DNA from: Catajapyx aquilonaris
Lineage: Eukaryota
Assembly (NCBI GenBank): GCA_000934665.2
Contig: JYFJ02001272.1
Location: forward strand, 62,001-84,984
Length of the DNA stretch: 22,984 nucleotides
Reading direction: 5' to 3'
This document shows, one piece after another, positions 12,118 to 22,428 of this stretch; position 1 is the first letter of the stretch, and every line of letters starts with the position of its first letter. Under the pieces are notes generated by a model that worked only from the letters and a program-made list of their open reading frames with translations, made no database searches and was not told where the DNA came from. A program made the position numbers and the translations under genes.

Positions 12118-15100
12118 GTGAGTTGTTATTACTGTTTGACTTGTTGCTATACAGTACTGTATATGCTTAAAAATACGGAGAAAGTGAACGGGTGACGTGT
12201 GCCAGCTGCATTCCCAACCGATCGCTACAATAGAGTAAAAATGCATACCATCAAGAGATACCATATACATGTGATGGAAGCGGCAAGGTCAGGTATGGTG
12301 CCATCATAATCATCGGCCCGGGAAATGAGCTACATTATGAACAAACACGGGGACTCAAAGTTAACAACATAGAATTGGTGTTTTCCTGTTTCCTTCTGTG
12401 CATTTTTTTCCCTCACCACCACCTCTGCCTTAACCAACTAGCAGTTTTTTCTAAATAATGGTAGATAATGGTCAATAACGGTTTCCGATGCGGTCAAGGA
12501 GGCCATCAGGGCAAGGCCTTGACCTGTGCTCCTTTGGGTGGGGCCTGACTTTTTGAGGAGTAGCCGAAGTCAGTGTTATAGGAATGCCATGAGGCCAACG
12601 CCTTCCTCTCCTTTTCCCCCCCTCCCCCTTCTTAACTTCCCCCCCACCTCTTCTCAACCTTCAAGACAAAAGTGATTCCCACCTGAGCTCTGGAATTTTA
12701 TCCCACCACGTGACCTTGGCTTTGCCTGATTTATGTGAGGGTCAAAATCTTGGGGTTGCGCAAAGTTCCACGAGGCAGGTCAAAGTGGACTAATAGTGTA
12801 CTCACAAATTTTAGGAGCTGGTCGATGGCGGGAGGTCATCCCGGAGGACGCGGTCCATCTACTGCATGGTCGGTGTCGGAGTGGCCATTGCGGTTGCAGT
12901 TGGTCTCATCATCCTCTTGGCCCTCCTGGAGAGGAAGCCCTCATCGGAAGAGTCGGTGGCAGCTGCCATGGGGAGATCTGCCGGGAAGAAGCCCATGAAG
13001 TTGAAGGATGTCCTCTCTGGCACCTTCTACCCTGAAAGCTTCAATGGCTCTTGGATCTCCGGTATGTGGCCTTCATTTCAATTACTGCAATGGCACACTC
13101 AATCGTGATAGCATGCTTTACTGAGCTCTTATCATGCCAGATCATCTACTACATGCAACCAAAATCAACTTGGGATCATTTGTCATTATGCTAATTGCTA
13201 ATAGGTTTTTGCCTCATAACGGCCTCATAATGACATAAAGTATTCTGTTGGTCGAATAATCAGACATTATCATGTAGAATTACTCTGTAAATATCACATC
13301 CGGATATTTGTAGCATCGCAAGGGAAATTTATTATTACCACCTTTGTGCATGAGAGCAATTCATCTGCACCAAGTTTATTAATAATTCAATGTTATCTCC
13401 CTTTCCAGACACTGCATACACTTATCGAACAAGCGAAGGAGAACTTGCCATGTACGATGAATCGACAAACAAACGACATATTTTATTACCTAAGCTACAT
13501 GCTGTGAGTATCCGATAACAGTAAAATAGGCGCACTGTAATTTGCTTGCAGGAGTTATTTCTAGATAACTTATAGCAAATGTGGCATTGAATCCTCTTGG
13601 CCACCTGCATCAGCGCCTGTGGAATTTCCAGATAAAATGTTCCTCGAAAATATAAGACTGTGATCAGAATTTGAATGCAGTCGTTAATCAAGTCTCTCAA
13701 TAGTAATTAAAACAAATGGGACACCTCAAATCATGGCCGTCACCTAATATCACAAATATGATACAGATTTCAGTTGTAGATGTACAAAGAGTCCAAATGC
13801 TCTCTATATACCTGCAAAAGTGTTTATTAAGTTTGTGGGCCATATGTATTGTATGCTTGGCTGGCCTTTGTATTCAATGCTGCATTGTGACTGATGTGTG
13901 CTGGAACAATCAGCCTTCCAATCATGATGGTGACACATGTGTGCAACCTAAATGATATCCTTTCTCTTCTACAGAGAAGGTTCCAACCAGCTCGTTACTG
14001 GCTTTCGGCTGATCGAAAATTTCTATTGTTAGCAAACAACATCCGCAAGGTAAGCAGCTATACAAACAAAGGTGACAAACTGTTGGGTGTTAATTACAAT
14101 GCATCAACTAGTATAACAATAGTCTTGCTAGAGTGCTCTTGTATGTTGTCAGAGGTCATGCTTGTTATAATATTACCACTCTAGAAAGTATATATAACTT
14201 TCATAATAATGCTTCTATTTACAGCTGTTCCGTCACTCCTTCCTTGCAAGCTACAAGATCTACGACATAGAAAACGAGTATGTCCTGCTTTTAATTCGTT
14301 TCAAAACAAAAAATGCCCAATTTTTGGGGGCATTTTGTATCTTTTTTTACATAATAGTTTTGATCTAATATGCACATAATTATATGCATCAGGCAAAGCA
14401 GAGCATCTATGTTTTTGATGCCATTTTAAAATGTTAAAGCAAGAAATCAATTGACAACAAGTTAACAGTAACACCACCTTTATTTTAACAGAGTCGTGAT
14501 TGATTTGAATCCTCCATCATGGAAAAACACTGATTCGTCTGCTCCTCTTCAACTGGTCAAATGGTCACCAACAGGGAGTTCCCTTGCCTATGTCTACATT
14601 GGAGATATATTCTACAGACAAAACCCACGCATCCAGAATCCAAATAATGACATCAGGATCACTACTTCAGGATCGCCTCTCACTATATTCAATGGAGTGC
14701 CGGACTGGGTCTATGAAGGTTAGTGGAACATAGCCATTTGGTAATCGAGATTATACAGTATTTACAAGGGTTGAATTTTTTCCATTTATGTAGAGGAAAT
14801 TTTGGGAACCAACTCTGCCATTTGGTTCTCACCTGATGGATCCCAATTAGCCTACGCATCGTTTGATGACAGTCAGGTTGAAGTCATGCAGCTCCCCATC
14901 TATGGTGAACCAGGAGACATGCGGTTTCAATATCCTCTGATGGAAACCATACATTATCCCAAGGTTAGAATCAATACGGCAAAAATGTGGATTTACATTA
15001 TGTTACTGATTTTGTCGCCTTCACTGCTACAAATGTGCTATTTTCAACTACAATGTTAGTCAGCAATCTAAAACTGATTATGAAAAATTCAGATAACTTA

Positions 15101-18100
15101 CACCAAGCAATTTAGGTACAGTATTTATGATATGATAGACTTTTATAAAATAATACAAATGGTGGGATGACTTTCTGGCGATTCAAATACCACCTGAGCA
15201 GCAAAATATGAAATGTTACCAGTCTAATATTGATTTAATATTTACAGCCAGGCACACCTAATCCAAAAGTGAACCTTTGGGTTGCCGACTTGTCAAATCC
15301 ATCACTAAGTCCAAAAATGCTGGTTGCACCATCAATGCTGAAGGATGAAGAGCAACATTTTATGGAGGTGGTGTGGCCGAATAAGGATGAAGTAGCTATA
15401 GCTTGGACGAACCGGGTGCAAAACATGTCCATCATTCAAATATGCCACACTGGCCAAGGAGAATGTGAAGATGTAAGTTTGCGCACCTCACTTACTGTAT
15501 AGTACAACAAAAGCGTTACTTTCTCATACCTTTTTGCTTTTTCCACTGCATTGTATTGTACACATCAGAAGAAACTGAATTTTATGATTTTTGTTTTGTT
15601 TTTTGTTGTTGTTGTTTTTTTCAAGCATGAAAGTACAAAACTGAATCCCTAAGCATTCTTTGCTATTGTGAGCATGTCTACTGGTACTCAAAACATGTCC
15701 AGTCAAAATGTCCTGCATGTTATTTATTTGGCTTGGTTCAGATCTTGCACATGCTGAAAAGGTTTACTAGTACATTAAAATTCTTTTCTCACGTGTTCAG
15801 AACTTGCCTGTGAGACAATTTCCCCCAGACTACCGTACTCATTTACTGTTCTACCAAAATATTATCCCTGCTTCTTCGTCATAAGAAACTTAGTTTTACT
15901 GCACTGGATTTATCCTTTCTCTCACTGGATGCTGGAATTTTATTGATACATTTCCATGACAAAAAGTTAATCAATACATATAAATTAATGAAATGTGGAA
16001 TAGGTGTAGCCATGGCCATGGTGCCAGTGTCAACAGCATCGAATTATTCCAGTGCCTTGGTGATGTAACTTCATCTAATCTACCACAAGCTAACCTACAA
16101 TAACTGAACCTGAATAAATTGTGGAAATTAGAAAGATTTTGCAGTCTTAGTGTGGGAAAGCGAGATGATATTTTAAAATCAGTCATACTTAATTTTAGTA
16201 GAAAAGCCACATTTACGCTTCATACGAATATTGATCATGTAGTGCTGATCTTTGGCCAGACCATAATTTTAAGTCTTAGAATATATAGTCACTGATTATT
16301 CGTTACCTTTTCCAGGCTCTGACGCTCACTGAACCGAGAGGTTGGATTGATGCTCCTGAAATGAAATTCAGCTCCAATGGATCAAAATTCCTCCTGATCC
16401 AGTCGCAGCCTCAGGGAGCAGGGGGGAACTTCAAGCACATCACACTCGTCACCAGAGATGGGAAAAGTTCAGTCAGTTACTTTGCAGTCACAGCTGGAGA
16501 GTTCACCGTCACTACCATTCTGAACTGGGATGAGAGCAAACACACAGTGTAAGACATATGCCTTCTAAAAGATTTTATGGAGCGTTAACCCCTTTGGCCG
16601 CAGTTTCCTACATGCACAGGCAATGGCACATGAAGGAAATGACCCCTGGGACCAAAGGGGTTAGAGATTATTTATATGAATGCTGCAATTGCATGCTTAT
16701 TATTTTATGTTAATATAACTTGACAGACTATACATGGGGACAAATGCATCAAGCCCTGAGCAGCAGCACATGTACGAAGTCCACGATGGCACCTGGGGAA
16801 AGAGGGACAGACCCTCGTGCATCACCTGTGCCGTCACGACCACCGACGGAACTCCCTGCAATTACAACAACATCAAGCTGAGCTCCTCTGGATCGTTCTA
16901 CATCCACACGTGTGAGGGTCCTGGAATACCAGAAGTCAATCTGTTTGACAAGGTAAGTACTTTTGTTTGGAAGTGCTGTCAAAATGGCATATATCATGAG
17001 TAGAATCAAATGTCACTTGACATTTTAGTCCTGCATTGTCTAACAGTACTTAAAGATGAGTTGCAGTCCTACATGTAGCTCACCACCAAAAAATGCATGA
17101 TCTGAACCATAATATCTTCACCTGCGTAGAACCACCAGCTGAAGCGCATCATCACCATCAACCACAACCTGAAGGCCACCATGGACGAGATTGCGATGCC
17201 AGGGAAGATGGACCTGCAGGTCCCGCTTCCAGGAGACCTAACAGCGCAGGTCTCCCTGAAGCTCCCTCCAGGACTGGACACGGCCAACCCAGACAAGAAG
17301 TACCCTCTCTTCATCAACGTGTAAGTAACTGCCGCACTTGCGATTACCATGCGTGACATGCTGCTGCGATGCGACACCCTGTAAAAAGTGAGGTACCAGT
17401 ACTGTCATTTGCACCAGTCTAGTGTTGACTCATCAGCTATTGTACTACAAGTAATTACAAGCTGTACTTACTGTAAGGCTTACATTGCAGATTAGCCACA
17501 CAAAATCTTGTGCATTCAGGTCATACCACCAGTAATGTGAAGCCCATTTTGTACACAATGTTTTCCTACTTGTAGTTAACGTACCTCAGCATAATTAGGG
17601 GCATAATTAGGCCATTAATTCCGGTCAGGTTCTGCTGAAATAATTCGTGGAACGTTCTAAAAATGTGGCTTCATGTCGACGTGTGACATGGCGCTAAATA
17701 TTAGTTCAGCATTTGCCCAGCAGGTAGCGTCCAGGTCGTTTCTTGACACTAGCGACACCTGTACCATTCAGAAAGTTATAAATATTAATAATTAATTTAA
17801 TTTTAACTCGACTTAATTATTATTTAAATTTCACTATAGTTGTGGATAATAATAAAAGACTAGAGTGGCGAGTGGGAAGTTTGAATTTGCAACACACTGT
17901 ACTTTCGCATGTTGCATTGTCGCATTTGTCATTCAGGTACGCGGGTCCCGACTCCCAGCTGGTGACCGACACTTGGAAGGTTGACTGGGGCACGTACCTG
18001 GCTTCGTCCAAGGGCATCATTTACGGCTCCATCGACGCTCGAGGTTCGGCCAGAAAGGGAGATGAGATGCTGTTTCAACTGTACCGTCGACTGGGTACCG

Positions 18101-19005
18101 TCGAAGTGGAGGACCAGATTGCTGTCACCAAGCACCTCCAGAACACCCTGCCCTTTGTGGACCCCAATCGGACCGCCATTTGGGGATGGAGCTACGGAGG
18201 GTTTGTCACAGCCATGACCATGGCCACTGATGTCAACGATGTGTTCCGGTGCGGTATATCCGTGGCGCCTGTCACCAACTGGATGTATTATGGTCAGTTT
18301 ATTGTCTGTATAACCTGCATATGTTAGCTCACTTGATCGTGTCAACATTTCAGACACCATTTACACCGAGAGATACATGGGATTGCCGACTCCCCAAGAC
18401 AACCTGATTGGTTACAACCGAAGCGACGTGACCAGACGGGTGAAGAATTTCGCGAAGAAAAAGTTCCTACTAGCCCATGGGACCGGAGACGATAATGTCC
18501 ATTACCAACAGTCTATGGTTTTGACCAAGGCTTTAGAAGAAGAGGATATACTCTTCAGGCAGCTGGTAAGCTCATTGCACTAATAATAATAATAATTTGT
18601 GTAATGCCGTACCTCAACAGAGGTCTTGGCAGGACCTTCATTTTGTCAAGGTGGTACATGAATTTGACAACGTAGAGTGGCCCTTGGTCCAAGGGCAGGG
18701 TGACTGGGAGGGGATGTGCAATGTGCACGTGCAATGTCGGCACTATGGTCATTTTGTGAGCTCCCTGGGTGGTTCGTTTATCGGAAATTCCACCCTAGAC
18801 GAAGCCGGAGAGGATCCCGAACTCCGCACGAGATGGGATCGAACCCGGGACCCTTCCCTCATTGCCCTAATTAATTTAAAACTAGTCATTAACAAACGGT
18901 ATTTTTCAGACTTATCCCGACGAAAACCATGGAATCCTGAGGCTGAAAACTCATCTGTATCACTCCTTAGGACAGTTTGTGGACGAGTGCTTTGCAACAA
19001 GTTGA
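12064..19005 (+). CDS. DPP4: Dipeptidyl peptidase 4-like (peptidase S9B, venom-DPP4-like type II membrane serine protease); spliced gene, 14 coding exons, ~819 aa
   Basis: Manual splice model: 12064-12117, 12815-13061, 13409-13503, 13975-14049, 14225-14277, 14492-14718, 14794-14963, 15248-15472, 16316-16548, 16727-16952, 17130-17320, 17937-18292, 18354-18565, 18910-19005. Total 2460 nt, all introns GT-AG and phases consistent. Motifs: TM anchor, PDWVYEEEI, WFSPDG, YPKPGTPNP, GWSYGG, HGTGDDNVH, YPDENHG. Confidence 0.95.
12815..13061 (+). CDS. DPP4: DPP4 exon 2: cytoplasmic end and transmembrane signal anchor
   Basis: ttttag acceptor; ELVDGGRSSRRTRSIYCMVGVGVAIAVAVGLIILLALLERK…FNGSWIS; gtatgt donor. 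Confidence 0.9.
13409..13503 (+). CDS. DPP4: DPP4 exon 3
   Basis: ctttccag acceptor; (D)TAYTYRTSEGELAMYDESTNKRHILLPKLHA; gtgagt donor; phases fit. Confidence 0.85.
13975..14049 (+). CDS. DPP4: DPP4 exon 4
   Basis: ctacag acceptor; RRFQPARYWLSADRKFLLLANNIRK; gtaagc donor. Confidence 0.9.
14225..14277 (+). CDS. DPP4: DPP4 exon 5
   Basis: tttacag acceptor; LFRHSFLASYKIYDIEN (RHS motif of the DPP4 family); gtatgt donor. Confidence 0.9.
14492..14718 (+). CDS. DPP4: DPP4 exon 6 (beta-propeller)
   Basis: …LQLVKWSPTGSSLAYVY…IFNGVPDWVYE; aacag acceptor, gttagt donor. Confidence 0.93.
14794..14963 (+). CDS. DPP4: DPP4 exon 7
   Basis: EEILGTNSAIWFSPDGSQLAYASFDDSQV…IHYPK; completes the Glu-Glu substrate motif. 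Confidence 0.93.
15248..15472 (+). CDS. DPP4: DPP4 exon 8
   Basis: PGTPNPKVNLWVADL…WTNRVQN…CED; tttacag acceptor, gtaagt donor. Confidence 0.93.
16316..16548 (+). CDS. DPP4: DPP4 exon 9
   Basis: ALTLTEPRGWID…FKHI…VTAGEFTVTTILNWDE; ttccag acceptor, gtaaga donor. Confidence 0.92.
16585..16664. mobile_element. Miniature piggyBac-type inverted-repeat element (MITE) in DPP4 intron 9
   Basis: TTAA-CCCCTTTGG…CCAAAGGGG-TTAG, with further internal pairing (TTTCCT/AGGAAA, CATG). Confidence 0.65.
16727..16952 (+). CDS. DPP4: DPP4 exon 10
   Basis: LYMGT…PEQQHMYEV…CITC…C…CEGPGIP…DK; gacag acceptor, gtaagt donor. Confidence 0.92.
17130..17320 (+). CDS. DPP4: DPP4 exon 11
   Basis: NHQLKRIITINHNLKATM…LKLPPGLD…KKYPLFINV (frame not shown in the ORF track); gtag acceptor, gtaagt donor. 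Confidence 0.92.
17937..18292 (+). CDS. DPP4: DPP4 exon 12 (catalytic serine)
   Basis: YAGPDSQ…IDARGS…LGTVEVEDQI…IWGWSYGGF…SVAPVTNWMYY. Confidence 0.96.
18354..18565 (+). CDS. DPP4: DPP4 exon 13 (catalytic aspartate)
   Basis: DTIYTERYMGLP…LLAHGTGDDNVHYQQS…ILFRQL; tttcag acceptor, gtaagc donor. Confidence 0.96.
18585..18857 (-). mobile_element. 5'-truncated tRNA-derived SINE in the last DPP4 intron
   Basis: Pol III B box GGTTCGATCCC (18835-18845, - strand); (ATT)n tail at 18582-18596; flanking direct repeats CTCATTGCACTAAT (18571-18584) and CTCATTGCCCTAAT (18858-18871). Confidence 0.8.
18910..19005 (+). CDS. DPP4: DPP4 exon 14 (catalytic histidine, stop)
   Basis: tttttcag acceptor; TYPDENHGILRLKTHLYHSLGQFVDECFATS then TGA. 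Confidence 0.94.
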   Translation, partial: TYPDENHGILRLKTHLYHSLGQFVDECFATS

Positions 19006-19607
19006 GAGACGAGTTTTAGATAATGAGTGTGTGTTTAAAAAAAAAGAGAGGAACATTTTACGATGTAAGACTTAAAGTAGCTTGTAAATGTGTAATTAAT
19101 GTGCCTTTATTTATTGTGCTGCCATCCTTTTTTTTGTGCATACGAGTTTTGTAAATCGATGTTCTTATTGGTCTGCTGAGTTCCTGTTTGGGGTATTATT
19201 AACTTGTAAAACATTGTCCCACAAACTGTGGGGTTTTTGTAATGTGATATGTTGCATGTATTGTAAATGTGTAAGGATGTAGGAGGCTTATGAAAAAAAG
19301 TACTTGACTTCAGATATAATGATGAATGCGAACAGCTGCTGTAGTTCTGTTGCAACGGTACTATGAAATGTGCCAAAATGAACTCGAATTGTATAGGCCT
19401 TTTTAGTACGTATGAAGATCGAGTCAACTAAGCAGGTAACAATCTGCAAAATATTATTTTCTTTGAAGGAAACGCGCCTAAACATTTATTTTACTAGTGC
19501 AGAATATTAGTGACGCATGCAAGTGACTCGCTTCTCTACGATGAGAATTAGCCTACGTCACAGTAATGTCTATTTTTGCAGTTTTATCAGGAGGATATAT
19601 TTGTATT

Positions 19608-19613
19608 AATAAA
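19608..19613 (+). terminator. Putative DPP4 polyadenylation signal
   Basis: AATAAA about 600 nt after the stop, followed by GT-rich tgtttgtgtgtgg. Confidence 0.5.
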
Positions 19614-19902
19614 AACTGTTTGTGTGTGGATAATGGCACATTTTCTGAAGAGCGGCCTTGTGATTGTACCTGCTTTCACTCTGATCTACATCCAGGTGGT
19701 TTTTAACTCTCCTCTGAAACTGGTTGGTTCCTGGTTCTTCTTTCGGTTTATTAAAGGTCAAGGATTCATAACAAATGTTTCATTCTTTGAAATAAGTTTT
19801 AACGAATATAACCATCCTTAATTCCTTTAAAAAATCTTAAAGCAGCGTCCGGTCCTGCAACAATGAAACAAATCGTTGAAACAACCATGTTGTCTGAACA
19901 TA

Positions 19903-19908
19903 TTTATT
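19903..19908 (-). terminator. Putative polyadenylation signal of the Ago3-like gene
   Basis: AATAAA on the - strand about 195 nt after the relic stop codon. Confidence 0.3.
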
Positions 19909-20102
19909 GCAAGTTACGTATTAACAAGAAGTATCGAAAAGTGACAATATTCCAAGTTAGAATCTTCAAGAGGTTGCAAAATGAATGAATGTCAACTAAA
20001 AAACAATATTGTAAACCCATATTGGAATTATTTTAATATTCACACAATCACGCCTGAAGATCTTCCACACTAGCTACTTCGTCCACAAACTTCGATGCAT
20101 CT

Positions 20103-20203
20103 TCACAGGAAGTGAAACTGGTTGTCAGAATCTCTGACGGTGGCTTTCGTATATGTTATGCGCCACCAGGAATGCCAACTATAGTGTGGGTAGTGTACCG
20201 GTA
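20103..20203 (-). pseudogene. AGO3: Degenerate terminal exon of the Ago3-like gene
   Basis: ttcttacag acceptor. Fragments LAFLVAHNI / RKPPSEIL / NQFHFL-TGA are separated by frameshifts and resemble the Piwi-family C-terminus YAHKLAxLV…PS…LxFL. Confidence 0.7.
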
Positions 20204-20704
20204 CTGTAAGAACAGAAAGTGAGGCGTTTCAAAAATCTGCAAAACATGATTGTTTTCATGCTCTTAGGAAGAGTTCAGGAACAAAATTACCTAATGCTGT
20301 TCACATATCCAAAGAAGGTAAATAAAAAGCCTTTGTACCTTAAAACCTGGGCGAAATATTACCAACGAAAAGTGGGAGAATATACAGTGGAAGCCTAACC
20401 CCCCCCCCCCACCCCCCAAAGGTTAGACCTACAACCTACTGGTAAGTAAAATGAAAATTATTTGATGGAAAGAAGGATAAAAATATATTTCAGTTCATCA
20501 GTAGGCTATGCTGTTGTTTTTCAGCAGTTAAGTCATAAGAGTCATCAAAGTGGTCTAAATTATAATACTACAGCTTAGAGACTACAGCACACAATAGGCC
20601 TACATAATACACTGGGGAAAGTGGTTAGGGCTGGCTAAATATCGAATATTATTGTTAGCCTGAAAAATTAATAAATTTACTCGTAACAAACTGGCTGCAG
20701 TAGC

Positions 20705-20883
20705 CTATAATAATATGGCTTCTGACGAGTGTATTTCCACAGTCCGCATTGTGGTTCTTGGCGTTTCTTCTCTTTCCAACGATGCGATGGTCCTCTCCGA
20801 AGGCAGGAGGCCTAAATTGACTGCAGTGGCATGGGTCAAACTGAGACTCCAGTTGGCCAGGACATCTTTTGCCTCTTTGCACT
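20705..20883 (-). pseudogene. AGO3: Ago3-like L2 exon, frameshifted and truncated
   Basis: ECKEAKDVLANWSLSL…LLPSERTI, then homology continues in another frame (VGKRR…NADCG…RSHII). Tandem CGATG duplication at 20780-20789; stop at 20705-20707. Confidence 0.75.
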
Positions 20884-20972
20884 CTGTCCCAGGTAAAAAT
20901 GCAACAAAATATTACGCAAAAGTTTGAAGATTCACGATAAAATGAAAAACTACACTGATGAAACATTCTTAC

Positions 20973-21246
20973 CTTCCACGTTTCTTACGAACTTTTGGAG
21001 AGCCTTCTCTCTCTCCAATGGGGTTTGTCTTGTATGGCTGTTAATGTCTTTCATTAAATTGTAATTTGATCCAATGCGATCCGTCATCCCCGTCAAGCAG
21101 CAGAGTTCCGGCACGATGCAAATGAGATGCGTAGTCATCTGCTTCCCACCCTTTTCCTGCTTCTTAGCATGAGAGATGAGCATCGGTTGACATTCATCAT
21201 GGATGTCCAAGTTGTGTGCTCTCCTGTAGTACTCCATGTACGTCAT
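20973..21246 (-). pseudogene. AGO3: Ago3-like PAZ exon 2 / L2
   Basis: MTYMEYYRRAHNLDIHDECQPMLIS…ICIVPELCCLTGMTD…MKDINSHTRQTP; ctatag acceptor, gtaaga donor. Confidence 0.92.
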
Positions 21247-21506
21247 CTATAGGGAGATAGCAACAAGACTGTTGTTAATCAATGTTTTTAAAAACCTTGT
21301 GTGCACCGAACGAAAATAAACTTCATTCTACGGAAAACTCTCTAAGACAAACGGAAACAGACTGTTTCCAACCAGCGCAATCGATCCCAACCAAATTATA
21401 TGAATATTATAAGTGCTTAATGCACATAAGCTTCATGAGTAACCGCATAAAAGGCTAGCCTTCAGAGTCCACATTGCTCTGCATAAATGGTAATTAAAGG
21501 GCTCAC

Positions 21507-21675
21507 CTCCACCTTTCCATCCCTATTAGTGAAAGAGTCAGTTGGCTTCAGGTGCCAGTCGATATCGTCAATCCTGTACATCTTGTTATTATATCTTGTG
21601 AGGACGTATGCACCAGTAACCATCTTCAGAATCTCATCCTTGAAGTTGCCAGAAGACTCGCACATAACATATGTC
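21507..21675 (-). pseudogene. AGO3: Ago3-like PAZ exon 1
   Basis: …[38 protein letters not shown]…; ttgcag acceptor, gtgagc donor. Confidence 0.92.
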
Positions 21676-22163
21676 CTGCAATAATTATTGGTGTATAGTG
21701 CGTTACACACATTTGCCACAACAATTCATCACAATATGACGCCCCTATATGACACGGATACCCAGTCCACTATGATCTTCTGACTCTCATCCTGCAAATG
21801 CAGCAGTAAAGAGTGGATAATAATGAACTAAGGCTAGAGCGGGCTATAGAGTAGAGGAAAACCTGAATTATTTTGGGTAATGTATCTGAGGCTTTAGTTC
21901 GTGTAACGCAGTAAATATCTTTATTGGATCTTGGTAGGCCTATTGCCCGTTCAGAGACACACATCCTTGATTCGAATGGCTAAACCTGGATCCATGGACT
22001 GTATGGGATTTGTTGTACTGTACATCAATGCAATATGCATCTATCCCTCTCAAAACAGCTGGTGAAACTCATACAAAAAATTTCTTTCGCTTTCCTAATT
22101 TTAAGTTAAACCATAGTCACTTAGAGAAAACAACGGAATGTTGTAGGTGTCAGCAAAACTCAC

Positions 22164-22277
22164 ATAACATCGAGTGCAGTCTGTGTGCGGGGTACCTTCT
22201 GGGAGCCATCGCAGCACAGCATCAGCCTACCTTCATGCTGGTGGACAGCTGTCACATAACCTGGCCACTCTTCCAGC
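22164..22277 (-). pseudogene. AGO3: Ago3-like L1 exon
   Basis: LEEWPGYVTAVHQHEGRLMLCCDGSQKVPRTQTALDV; ttttctcttgaag acceptor, GTGAGT donor; not in the ORF track. Confidence 0.88.
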
Positions 22278-22428
22278 CTTCAAGAGAAAAGAGAATCCCA
22301 ATGACAATACAAGTGTCATAAACTATCTACAAGTTTAAAAGTTAAGTGGAAACACAAAATATGAAGATGAAAAGGCATTAGAACATCATTCTACAAATTC
22401 AGTAGCCTCTACTCTAACAATAACTTAC

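Noticed and set aside
17093..17356. ORF with an HHHHQPQP run
   Set aside because: Alternative frame of DPP4 exon 11; the real frame is NHQLKRIIT…KYPL.
17929..18360. 143-aa minus-strand ORF (also 16749-17009, 17069-17377)
   Set aside because: Antisense shadows of GC-rich DPP4 exons.
18820..18870. Possible tRNA gene
   Set aside because: Only a T-arm/B box is present; no A box or cloverleaf, and the tail plus TSD indicate a SINE.
17937..19005. Inactive DPP6/DPP10-type assignment
   Set aside because: GWSYGG serine, DDNV aspartate and ENH histidine are all intact.
18597..19019. 140-aa ORF across the last intron
   Set aside because: Reads through the SINE and an off-frame part of exon 14.
20399..20417. 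Poly-C run
   Set aside because: Simple homopolymer with no supporting context.
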